A stretch of DNA of 64,000 bases from Eledone cirrhosa (Eukaryota), in assembly GCA_964016885.1 (NCBI GenBank), contig OZ024744.1:76260001-76324000 (forward strand). The letters are read 5' to 3'. Shown here one piece after another: positions 53,900 through 64,000 of the stretch; the stretch's first letter is position 1; every line of letters begins with the position of its first letter. The notes under the pieces are model-generated. The model was not told the DNA's origin, made no database searches, and saw only the letters and a program-made list of their open reading frames with translations. The position numbers and the translations under genes are program-made.

Positions 53900-56800
53900 C
53901 CATCGAGGGCTTAACCGGGTTTTGTTTAAAAAGCTCGACTCTCAAATTTTGTTTTAAATCCGAATAATGATCCTCTACTGAAAAGAAGAGTCAGCCATGT
54001 GCAAAACGGAACAACGAAAGTGTAAAAAAAATCAGTGACAGCAGCAGCTTTCAACACGAGGACTCTAAAAACCACCACCACCACCACCGCAACAACAATA
54101 ACAATAACAATAACAATGACAGCGGAAACAACATTGGTAGCAGCAACAAAATAACAACAAAACCAACAACCGAAGCAGCAGCACCAATACTAGAAGCAAC
54201 AGTAACATCAACAACGCCATCATCAGCAGCAGCAAAAGCACTACCAACAACATCATCAGCAGCAAAAACCCCCCAACAACAACACCAACAGCAGCAGCAA
54301 AAGCATCACCAACAACAGATAACGTGAAACACACCAAGGAGCTCTCCTGCTTCTCTCTCTCTCTCTCTCTCTCTCAATCTCTCTCCCTCTCTCTCGCTCT
54401 CTCTCTCTCCCCCTCTCCCTCTCTCTCTCTCCGTCCCCTCTAAACACAAACACTCTCTCAACAATATTTGAGACAGAGTCCGCAGGCGCCGTTACCTCCT
54501 CACCTCGAAGTAAAAATGAGCGAAAACCCCCAAAAACCTACTAAAAAAAAACTAAAAAAATTAAAACATACAAAATCCCGCGCTACCAACGCTACCACAA
54601 CCACAAATACCCATAAAAAAAAAACACATTCAACTACAATAACCAGCCATACTGACACCAATCTTCGTGCTAGTGAGACGGGTTAATAAAGAATTGATGA
54701 CCCTCATAGCTCGAAGTAAAGATAATGAGAGAGACGTGAAGTTTTCGGCACCAATACTTTTAAAGTGTCACCAAATCTATGATGGATGGGGGAGGGGGGG
54801 CATGACACTGGAATCCTAAAGAGACATTAAGGAGGGCTTCGCCCACGCCGTGGGAATCCCTAATATAAAAGCCACGAGTAGGCTTTTAGAGAGGTTCCTG
54901 AAGAAACTCCAACCAAATATAGTGATCAAACTACTCGATCTTCAACAGCATCAGGAGGGTAATTAGCAATGGAATGTCACTGCCGTTAGCGAGACCAGGA
55001 TTTCAAACATACGTGCACTAGCTCCCATTTTTTATGACTATCAGATCTTTGCGTCTTTTAGTCGGCCTGGAATGAAAGGTAGGGTAACAGTGCTGGTTAT
55101 GAAAGGTCTGGATCTCAAAGTACTTACGATTTTTCTGGAGCTTGACAGCAAGTTAGTGGTCCTAGATGTGAGCAATAGCGAAGGTGGTCCTTTTAAACTG
55201 ATTGCGGTCTACGCACCGACTGCAGCAGGACGGCTGGATATCGATAGTTAGACGCAGTCATCAAGCGATTCAGCCTCTGAAGACGTTCCCGCATACGGAC
55301 GTCACTGTGATGGTGTTGAACACCTCAGAAATCGAGATGATCGGCAACTTCTTAAAGGCAAATGAAAGGTTGGCGGGAGCAAAGATCAACCCGGAAAGTC
55401 GGTGGGTTTGCACCTGGAGAAGCAAATCCATACCGTTCAACAACGTCATCGGACGCTGGACGGATGGAACAGTGAAGTTACTCGGGGTCTGGTTTGGATC
55501 AGACCCCCAGATGGATAAGAGGTAGGACGAGGAAATGAGCAGGGTGGTCACTAACATTCAGAAATGGGCCGAGAGGAAGCTATCCCTGAAAGGTCATGTG
55601 GAGGTGGTGAACGCGTACATCGCGCCCGTCATCTATTACCGCCTGATCGTTGTGCGTTGCCTCCGTTCTCGCCTCGCCAATTTAGAGCGCCTGCCCTTAA
55701 CTTCTTGGGAAGGAACAGGTTCCATTGGTGATGAAGGAAGTCCATGTACTGCCAAATCCCTTTACGCGGAGGGTTGAGCATACCGTGGCTGATGATGCGC
55801 AAACATGCGCTGAGGCTGCGGTATCTTCAGATATTCTTCATCGGTGAACAGGTGTGGTCTCCGTTTGTCAGACAAATCTTTCTAAACTTGTCTCTTTGTC
55901 TGTGCTGCAGTTGTGGGTCAAACAAAGACAGAGACCGTGTGTCTGGCATCTAGAATGTTGTCAGGCCCTCACAGTCATCTACCAGTAGGGCAATACCGTT
56001 AGTGGAAATTCCACTAGAGATCTATAAAGGACTTGTGGTGGGTTTGTGCGAAGAAGTGCGCATGGAGGATCTGGGGTTCGACGAAATCGAACCAAACAGT
56101 CTGTTCCGGAAATCTTTTGAGCCAGAGACTATGGACAACTTCCAGAAATCCCTGATTTGACAGTGCTACGGGGCGGGGGAGTGCACTGCCAGTTTCGAGA
56201 CAAACCTTACAGGCACAGAAGTGTTGTCAGACGGACCTCTCCGAGATGCGCACTGAGTGATGACGAAATCGCTCTGCATGCACTCGTCCAGTGTCCGTGC
56301 ATTACTGATTTGTTGAGTTATGTCGAACAGCTGGTGTCGCGTGAACGACGGATCCGGCTCTCAGAGGAGTCCATCGTGAATCTTACCACTGGTGCCTTCT
56401 TTATGCCGGGAGGATCAGGGAGTTTTCCTCTGTGGGCAAGTGCGATGACGCACTCGGAGAGGCTTTGGGCCTTGACGAGGACGAACTGAGCAGTCTGTTC
56501 CGAAAGACTTTCGAGCCGGGGACGTTGGACAATTTCCCAAAATCTCTCGCTTGGCAGTGCTACCGGGGGGCACTGCTGGTTCGGGATAAACTCTACAGGC
56601 ACTTCCGTGCTGCCAGACGGACCTGCCCAAGATGCGCACAGAGCGACGAAATCGTACTGCACGCATTTGTCCAATGTCCGTGTATTAGTGACTTGTGGAG
56701 TTATGTCGAACAGCTACTGTCGCGTGTAGAACGGATCCGGCTATCGGCCGAGTCCATAATGAAGATCGACCCGTTGCTTTCCTTTGGTCCGGAAGAGCGG

Positions 56801-57332
56801 GTAATTTTCCTCTGTCTAGTGGCAGTTGCAAAAGAGGTTATATGGTGGACCAGATTGAAAGGACTGTAGACAGATATTTTTCTCTTCGACCAATCCCTCA
56901 TCAATTTCGTCAAGTTCCACCTGGAAAGGAAGGTGAGGGTGGAGGGAGAAGTGCCCCCCCCCCCAGTACATTTGCTAAGAGGTGGATAAATGTGGCGAGA
57001 ATGGCCCGTGTGAATGGGCCTACTCTGACCATGCGCCTATAGACTAGCGAATTTGAGGAGCGAGGTGCTCTATTTGAATGCCCTAGAAACGCAGGGTGGT
57101 TCAGGATTGGTGGGGTACCTGAGTCACCCCAGGGTCGTCCGCCCCTATAGGGGAATTTATTTTGTTATATTTATACATAGTTTATTTTATATTTGTATAT
57201 CTTCATTGTTAAATTAGTCTTGCCATTGTGCACTTTTACTCGACCTTATTGTAAATCTCCACCGTCCCTGTCTTTGTATTGTCCCCTACATGTCGGCCAT
57301 TGAGGCCAATAAATGAAATCATTATTATTATT
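53900..57332 (+). mobile_element. Tx1-clade LINE copy D: decayed, internally deleted and partly duplicated, (ATT)n tail
   Basis: Low-complexity ORF1-like remnant (start uncertain); APE fragment (AVSETR...AVYAPT, 54970-55240); RT C-terminal part; two copies of the DNFQKSLAWQCY...CPRC segment. Confidence 0.8.
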
Positions 57333-57703
57333 GCTAAAAGGTGGATGAATGTGGCGAGAATGGCCCGTCAGAATGGGCTTACTCTGACCATGCGCCTATA
57401 GGCTAGCTAACTTGAGGAGAGGGGGATTCTCCCTGGGTGCCCTAGAAGCGCAGGGTGGTTCAGTATTGGTGGGGTACCTGAGTCACCCCAGGGTCCACCC
57501 CTATGGGAGTATTTATTTTGTTATATTTATGCATAGTTTATTTTATATTTGTATATCTTCATTGTTAAATTAGTCTTGCCATTGTGCATTTTTACTCCAC
57601 CTTATTGTAAACCCCCACTGTCCCTGCCTTTGTATTGTCCCCTACATGTCGGCCCTTGTGGCTAATAAATGAAATCATTATTATTATTATTATTATTATT
57701 ATT
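57333..57703 (+). mobile_element. Tx1 copy E: short 3'-end copy with (ATT)n tail
   Basis: Near-duplicate of 56971-57332. Confidence 0.85.
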
Positions 57704-57916
57704 GAATGCCATGGTTGACGGAGGCTCGGCTCTGTAAGGTATAGTAATTTTTAACCGTTAAAACAATTGTAAATTGTTTAAAACTTGAACCAAATTGTTG
57801 ATAAAGACACCCTCCTCCTCGTGAGAGGGGTCTTTCTGTCCGTTATTTGGCCCTTCGGGGTTAAATAACCAGTTATTGGGGTTTTGTACCCAAAATTTCA
57901 TTTTAAACAAAAAAAC

Positions 57917-60013
57917 ATGGCTACCAAAAAGAAATTTCATACGTCACTCCCACTCATTCCGTCTTCTTCTTCCTCAATCATCACTACAGCAGAGAGAAGA
58001 TTGTCTCTCTCCCTCCCTTCTTTAAATGTGTCTCTCTCCCTCCCTTCTCTTTCGCAAGTGACGAAAGAAAAGAAAAGTCTCGTGCAAAGCGTGCAAGGTT
58101 TCTCCACGACGACGACGACAGCGACGAAACAGGTGTGCGGGAAATACGAAAACCCAGTTCATTCGTCTGACGTCAGGAATAATAGCAGTAGCAGCCGTAA
58201 TAACAACAGCAACAGTGACAATGAAAACAACAGTAGCAGCCGCAACAGCATCACCAGCAGCATAAACAACAACAGCATTAGCAGCAGCAACACCAACAAC
58301 AACCACAGCAACAGCGGCGGAGGCAGTAGTCGTAGTACCTGCAGCAACAACAAAAGTACCAGCAGCTCTGACGACAACAACAACAGCAGAGAAAAACCAA
58401 TCTCATTTGCAGGTATTGCGAAAAATTTGGAAACAATCCTCATAACAAATGAGGAATTAGAGGAAGCGAAGAAGATGGTGACAAAGAACGGACACCGAGC
58501 AATCTGCAAGGCAGCGAAAATTTTTTTCGAAACCCAAGAGCACTGTACGGTCACGTACCGTACAGTAAGTACAAAATCCCGTAGGGTGGAAAGAGCCACA
58601 GAGGCCCAAATACAAAAAGCCTTGGGGTCTGTGTGGCAGCGGAAAACGCACATCACCCGAGGCAAAAAATATGCCACCGTAGACGTACTTTTTGCCACAC
58701 CCCAGGAGGCAAAGGCCCAATCAGTAGTGACCCTAAGGAGCGAGGAAATGGTGTTGGTGCCCTCCTACTGTGGGCAAAAAATTGTGAGGGTCAAACTGAC
58801 CCACGTCCCCCCCGGAATGACCCCTTCTTGGCTGGCCGCGTCTGTCCTCGTCGGAATCGAGGACAAAACAACTGTACTGCAAGTACAGAAAAAAGTAAGA
58901 GAAGATTGGGTCGGCTCCTCCATTGAGATGCTAATCCAAACCAACCAGGAGTGCATCGAAGCTATCCCGGATGTGATAGACTTAGATAACGGCACTCAAC
59001 TGCCCATAAGTGTTGAGGGCAAACGCCCGAAATGCTTTCGCTGTGGATCGAAGACTCACCTCAGGGCCTTCTGCAACGAGAAGACCCTGAGAAAGGAGAA
59101 AACCCCCCTCCTCCCGAATCCGGTTCCACGGCTACCAGCAACAGGACAAGCGGCAACCAGAAACGATAGGTCCGTGGCACCCATACCCACTCCACGGAAA
59201 TCAAAGACAGCAGCAGCAGTGGAAATATTAACAACAACAACAGCAATACCAAATGCAGCTGCAACAGAGACTCCAGTGCAAACATCACCAACAACAACAA
59301 GTGAAAGAGTGGAGCTGGTACCCCTCCCCGACCTTACAGAATCAGACATGGAGTGTGAGGTGGGAGAGGGATGGCAAAAGGTCTCAAGAAGGCACAAACG
59401 CAGAAGCAGCGCATCGTCGCCTTTGAAAAGGGAGGAAAGAAATGAGAAAAGGGTAAAGTCTACTGCAAAGAGACCCACAGCAGCAACACCACCAACACCA
59501 TCACCACCCACACCAGCACCACCATCACCACCGGCGACAACCCCACCGCCAACAACACCTTCAACACCACCACCACAAGCACCAACATCGCAAACACAAC
59601 AACAAAACACACACACCCAGCAACAACGACAAGAAAATAGCAGAACCACACCCCACCCCCAGAAAAACAAATGCACGGCAATAAACACACACAACAAGAA
59701 ACTAATGACTTACATAATTGAACACACAGACATTTCACAACAGGACTACATAATACCAGCACCAATCAAAACGCCAACTAACATAAGACTGCTAAAAATA
59801 GCACAGAAACAATACACAAACATTAAAACGAAATTCCCCAACGCAGTTGGTGATTTCAGGGACCTAGGAGGAACCATTAATCGAAGAGTATATTCAGACA
59901 TTCTCTTAGAAGAGCCGACGACCAGCCGAAGGGACGATTCAACGGTCCCTTCACCAGACGATCAAGTGAAAAGGGATGTAAAAACCATCCCTCCTCTACC
60001 AAAAATACGGTAA
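57917..60013 (+). CDS. Tx1 ORF1 (gag-like nucleic-acid-binding protein, single CCHC knuckle)
   Basis: ATG in aaacATGg context; CFRCGSKTHLRAFC (CX2CX4HX4C); SFAGIAK and GWQKV motifs typical of L1/Tx1 ORF1; S/N- and P/T-rich tracts. Confidence 0.85.
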   Translation: MATKKKFHTSLPLIPSSSSSIITTAERRLSLSLPSLNVSLSLPSLSQVTKEKKSLVQSVQGFSTTTTTATKQVCGKYENPVHSSDVRNNSSSSRNNNSNSDNENNSSSRNSITSSINNNSISSSNTNNNHSNSGGGSSRSTCSNNKSTSSSDDNNNSREKPISFAGIAKNLETILITNEELEEAKKMVTKNGHRAICKAAKIFFETQEHCTVTYRTVSTKSRRVERATEAQIQKALGSVWQRKTHITRGKKYATVDVLFATPQEAKAQSVVTLRSEEMVLVPSYCGQKIVRVKLTHVPPGMTPSWLAASVLVGIEDKTTVLQVQKKVREDWVGSSIEMLIQTNQECIEAIPDVIDLDNGTQLPISVEGKRPKCFRCGSKTHLRAFCNEKTLRKEKTPLLPNPVPRLPATGQAATRNDRSVAPIPTPRKSKTAAAVEILTTTTAIPNAAATETPVQTSPTTTSERVELVPLPDLTESDMECEVGEGWQKVSRRHKRRSSASSPLKREERNEKRVKSTAKRPTAATPPTPSPPTPAPPSPPATTPPPTTPSTPPPQAPTSQTQQQNTHTQQQRQENSRTTPHPQKNKCTAINTHNKKLMTYIIEHTDISQQDYIIPAPIKTPTNIRLLKIAQKQYTNIKTKFPNAVGDFRDLGGTINRRVYSDILLEEPTTSRRDDSTVPSPDDQVKRDVKTIPPLPKIR

Positions 60014-60048
60014 GTGGTCTTTCCCATCTTTTCCACTCTATTTTAAAC

Positions 60049-63000
60049 ATGACCTCACTCAGAATAGGCAGCATAAATGCGCGTGGCTTGGGGTCGTCAT
60101 GGAAGCAGGGTCACCTGCTCAACGACCTCAGGTCACTAAACATAGATGTAGTGGCCATCAGCGAGACCAGAATCTCCGAAGCACGGGCCTTCGCACCGAT
60201 CTTCGGCGGCTACGATGTGTACGCATCTCCCAGCCGTCCTGGATCGGGTGGAGGAGTTGCTGTGCTTTTTCGGAGAGGTTTGGATCTCGCCATACGGGCC
60301 ATCTTCCTGGACCCAGAGGGTAAGCTGGTGGTGCTGGACGTGACCAGCGGAGACGGGCAAGCTTTCAGGCTAGTGGCCGTCTATGCCCCGACAGGAGCAG
60401 GGCGGCCTGATTTCTTCCGGCGTCTGGAGACCTTTCTTGGAACGTCGCGCTCTTTAGTGTTAGTGGGCGACTGGAACGGGATCTTAGATGCACGCTGGGA
60501 CTGTGTGGGATTAGCGGATAGGGGTGGAGGGTGCAAGAGCCTCACCAACCTGCTCAGGCGTTTTGAACTGTCTGACAGGTACCGATTGGATTTCCCGAAT
60601 GTGCCAATGTGGACTTGGACAAACCGCATAGGGTCATCCAGATCATATCTAGATAGAGTATTTTGTAGGGAAATAGATAGGTCTAGCATAGGCTGTCCAC
60701 AATTCAAGATAGTCAGCTACACGGACCACAAATTCGTGATCTGTGTGCTTGACTTAGATAGGCTTCATAGACGAGGACCCGGCTACTGGAAGCTAAACGC
60801 GTCCTTACCAGCGCGCAAGGCCTACAGAGACCGGATTAGCGAACTAGTTAAGCGGGCGTTGACGGGGGCCATCGTCAACAACAAGTGGTGGTTTGCTCTG
60901 AAAAGAGCGATTAGAATAGAATCGATTAGGTTTAGTAAGGCTTTAGCAATAGAGAAAAATAGAGCAGAGGGAGAACTAGTTAGAAAATTAGACGAGGCGC
61001 TTAGCAAAGGCATTGCGACCGACGTGCTTGCGGCGAAATTGGCCCTTGACCAATTCTTCAATGCAAAGCACGAAGGCTGCGTTGTCAGAGCTAGGGTGCG
61101 TGCTCTCAGACACGAGGGGACGAAAGCCGTTCAATGGGCCCGAGTGGCGGAGGCGCGTCGTGGCAACAAAGCCACGATCCGGTCTTTGGTGGACCACGAC
61201 GGGCGCATGCTACTCGATCCCGGGCAAATGTGTGAAGCTTTTCAGCGACACTTCGCTCAGCTGTTCGGGGGCAGCGGGGGGCCGGGTAGAGGGATGGACT
61301 TTAGTGTCTACCTCGACGGACTGCCGCGGCTCTCGGCCACTGAGGCGAAGTGTTGCGAAAAGCCGATAACAGCCGCTGAAGTAAGGGAGGCAATGACTGG
61401 CTGCACAAGGGGTAAATCGCCTGGTTTGGATGGTCTGCCCTATGAACTTTACGTACAGATGCCAGACTTGTTCGGAGGCCTCTTGGCGGACGTCTACTGC
61501 AACTGGCAACAGAACGGGAGAATTCCCAGTTCTGTGAGCCGAGGAGCGGTGGCACTGCTGAGAAAGGATCCGAACAAGGGGGATAACATAGACAATTTCC
61601 GGCCCATAACTCTGCTAAACACAGAGTTTAAGATTTTGGCCAAGGTGCTAGCAAAGAGGTTGGCGCTTGTCGTTGGTGGTCTGGTGGGAGAGGCGCAGAC
61701 ATGCGCCATTCCCGACAGATCCATCCACGACAACCTCCACCTCATGCGATACATCGTAGAGAGGGTAGCTAGGGAACCTGGCACGGGTGGGTCCTTGATC
61801 AATTTAGATCAGTCGAAAGCTTTCGATAGGGTCGACCATCGTTACCTAGCAGCAGTCCTGAGGGCGGCTGGCTTTGGGCCCGTCTTCAGAGGCTGGATCG
61901 CTGCCATGCACAGCGACATCTGCTCTGTGGTGAGAGTGAACGGTCACCTGTCGGAACCGTTCAACATCATGCGCTCGGTCCGCCAAGGATGTCCCCTCTC
62001 GTCCCTCTTGTACGTATTGACTCTCGAGCCATTACTGCACAAACTGGAGACGTTGAGGGGAGTCCCGCGCGAACTAGGATGCGGAAGATCCGTGTCAGCA
62101 TATGCGGACGATGTCACCGTAGTGGTGTCGAACGCCAAACACATCGAGGCGATCGGCACTACAATAAGAGAATACGAAGCGGTGACAGGAGCAATGATCA
62201 ACCAGGAAAAGTCAGTGGGCCTGCAGCTCGGCACCTGGAGAGGCAGGTCCATGCCGTCCAACAGCGTCGTCGGGCGCTGGACGGACGGACCGGTTAAATT
62301 ACTAGGGGTCTGGTTCGGTCCGGACCTCCAGACGGACAAAAACTGGGACGAGGTGACGAGCAGGGTGGCTTCTCTCACCCAGAAATGGGCGGAGAGGAAG
62401 CTATCCCTGAAAGGTCGAGCGGAGGTGGCTAACGCGTACATCGCGTCTGTCATCTGCTACCGCCTAACCGTCGTACCTTGTCCTAAGCCTCGCCTGACTG
62501 CGCTGGAGCGTTTGCTCTTTCGCTTTTTGTGGAAGGGACGTGCTCCGATGGTCAGGCGGTCCATCTGTTGTCAACACCCGCTACGTGGAGGGCTGGGCAT
62601 GCCGTGGCTGATGATGCGCAGGCACGCGCTCAGGCTACGACATCTCCACCTCTTCCTCGACGGTGATCAGGTGTGGTCGCCGTTTGCTAGACGCGTTTTT
62701 CCCCAGCTCGTTTCCTTGACGGAGCTGCAGTCCTGGGTCAAGCGAAGACCGAGAGGGAGCGCCTGGAGACTGGAATGTCTTCAGGCGCTCACAGCCCTCG
62801 ACCAATCGGGCAATGTGATCGGTGGAAACTCCACCTCGGCGTTCTATAGAGGATTAGTGGAGGGGAAGAGCGACGACGTACTTGGGGAAACTCTAGGCGT
62901 CGACGAAAATCAACTAGCCAATCTCTTCGGAAGAACTTTCGGGCCAGGGCCTATGGACAACTTCCAGAAATCTCTGGCCTGGCAGTGCTACCGAGGAGCC

Positions 63001-63468
63001 TTGCCAGTTCGGGATAAACTCTACAGGCATGGAGGTGCCGTCAGCCGGGCATGTCCGAGATGCGCGCAGGGCGACGAAACCGTCCTGCACGCACTCGTCC
63101 AGTGTCCGAAAATTGCTGACTTGTGGGTTTATGTCGAACACCTGCTGTCGCGTTTAGGACGGACCCAGCTATCATCTGAGTCTATCGTGAGGATTGCCCC
63201 GCCCTCCTCCTTTAGCCGGGAAGGGCAGGCAGTTTTTATCTGTCTGGTGGCCATGGCGAAAGAGATAGTATGGTGGACACGTTTGAAAGGGCTGAAGACG
63301 AGCACTTACCTCTTCGGTGATGCTCTGATTGACTTTTTCAAATTTCATTTGAAAAGGAAAATCAGAGTAGAGAAGGAAGTGCTCTCTTCCCAGCATTTTG
63401 TTGAAAGATGGGTGAGAGAAGCAAGAATGGCCCGAGTGAATGGGCCGACTCTGAGTATATATCTGTAA
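60049..63468 (+). CDS. Tx1 ORF2: APE endonuclease + reverse transcriptase + C-terminal zinc finger (1139 aa)
   Basis: INARGL, ISET, YAP, GDWN, YLDR, TDH (APE); GPGYWKLN; KSPGLDG, FRPITLLN, LDQSKAFDRV, VRQGCPLS, YADD, KLLGV (RT); CPRC...H...C. Confidence 0.96.
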   Translation: MTSLRIGSINARGLGSSWKQGHLLNDLRSLNIDVVAISETRISEARAFAPIFGGYDVYASPSRPGSGGGVAVLFRRGLDLAIRAIFLDPEGKLVVLDVTSGDGQAFRLVAVYAPTGAGRPDFFRRLETFLGTSRSLVLVGDWNGILDARWDCVGLADRGGGCKSLTNLLRRFELSDRYRLDFPNVPMWTWTNRIGSSRSYLDRVFCREIDRSSIGCPQFKIVSYTDHKFVICVLDLDRLHRRGPGYWKLNASLPARKAYRDRISELVKRALTGAIVNNKWWFALKRAIRIESIRFSKALAIEKNRAEGELVRKLDEALSKGIATDVLAAKLALDQFFNAKHEGCVVRARVRALRHEGTKAVQWARVAEARRGNKATIRSLVDHDGRMLLDPGQMCEAFQRHFAQLFGGSGGPGRGMDFSVYLDGLPRLSATEAKCCEKPITAAEVREAMTGCTRGKSPGLDGLPYELYVQMPDLFGGLLADVYCNWQQNGRIPSSVSRGAVALLRKDPNKGDNIDNFRPITLLNTEFKILAKVLAKRLALVVGGLVGEAQTCAIPDRSIHDNLHLMRYIVERVAREPGTGGSLINLDQSKAFDRVDHRYLAAVLRAAGFGPVFRGWIAAMHSDICSVVRVNGHLSEPFNIMRSVRQGCPLSSLLYVLTLEPLLHKLETLRGVPRELGCGRSVSAYADDVTVVVSNAKHIEAIGTTIREYEAVTGAMINQEKSVGLQLGTWRGRSMPSNSVVGRWTDGPVKLLGVWFGPDLQTDKNWDEVTSRVASLTQKWAERKLSLKGRAEVANAYIASVICYRLTVVPCPKPRLTALERLLFRFLWKGRAPMVRRSICCQHPLRGGLGMPWLMMRRHALRLRHLHLFLDGDQVWSPFARRVFPQLVSLTELQSWVKRRPRGSAWRLECLQALTALDQSGNVIGGNSTSAFYRGLVEGKSDDVLGETLGVDENQLANLFGRTFGPGPMDNFQKSLAWQCYRGALPVRDKLYRHGGAVSRACPRCAQGDETVLHALVQCPKIADLWVYVEHLLSRLGRTQLSSESIVRIAPPSSFSREGQAVFICLVAMAKEIVWWTRLKGLKTSTYLFGDALIDFFKFHLKRKIRVEKEVLSSQHFVERWVREARMARVNGPTLSIYL

Positions 63469-63729
63469 ACTAAAGGTGGAAAACTGGGAGAGGGCACTTG
63501 CCTTGGTGGTCAGGGTCATTGTGGCTTTTTACTGGGCTTTCTCCACAAATGTCCCTCCGAAGTCTCCCCCCTATTGGGGAATTTTTCATTGTTATTTTCA
63601 TTGTTATTTTTGTTACATCCTCTATTTTTGTTTTTTTTACACGCAGAAATGCCCATTTGTACCGTCCTGCATTGTCCTGCACTGTCCTTAATGTCTACTT
63701 TATGTAAACCCTTGTGGTTAATAAAGAAA

Positions 63730-63805
<76 letters not shown>

Positions 63806-63807
63806 GT

Positions 63808-63850
<43 letters not shown>

Positions 63851-64000
63851 GGAGAGCGAGAGAGTGAGAGAGTACGGAAGAAATGATTGAGAGGGTGATT
63901 CAAAGAGAAAGTGAGAGAGAAAAAGATTATTTATTGTTTTAAATATTTCGTAACGCGTATTGTAGTCGTAGAGGTGCTATAAGGACATGCGGAGTATCAC

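Larger units (their letters stand above)
57704..63804 (+). mobile_element. full-length, apparently intact Tx1-clade LINE (copy F)
   Basis: 5' UTR, two uninterrupted ORFs, 3' UTR, AATAAA 63720-63725; (ATT)n arrays on both sides. Confidence 0.93.

Noticed and set aside
57704-57720. GAATGCCATGGTTGACG resembles the internal ORF2 MPWLT coding segment
   Set aside because: Only ~16 nt; cannot separate a template jump from chance.
57803-57840. CCTCCTCGTG resembling the HDV-ribozyme L3 loop at the LINE 5' end
   Set aside because: P3 cannot pair properly and the only P1 partner overlaps it; a simple hairpin explains it better.

Overview
Eukaryotic, AT-rich, microsatellite-saturated DNA with no recognisable host exon. 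The tRNA-derived Deu/Nin-domain SINEs and the repeat mix suggest an invertebrate, most likely an octopus (inference). The window is almost entirely mobile DNA. It holds one apparently intact full-length Tx1-clade LINE (ORF1 zinc knuckle; ORF2 APE-RT-CCHC; 57704-63804) and five decayed relatives sitting in (TATC)n, (TA)n and (ATT)n arrays. It also holds three Penelope-like (PLE) RT/GIY-YIG remnants, a decayed R4/Dong-type element, CRE and RTE fragments, two Helitrons, mariner/Tigger/Tc2/Chapaev3/hAT derivatives and about 20 SINE copies. Most notable: (1) a GT-AG 53-nt candidate intron that removes the ORF1 stop and ORF2 start and would fuse Tx1 ORF1 to ORF2 in frame; (2) a covarying CTTGT-loop hairpin shared by the 3' ends of the Tx1 family and the SINE; (3) more than ten hammerhead-ribozyme motifs, including a multicopy U4A-core family, a U3:A8 variant and a long-stem-II family; (4) paired ACTAAC motifs in a PLE 3' UTR; (5) recurrent fold-back inversions at (TA)n. 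All structures were read by eye; nothing was folded, aligned or searched computationally.
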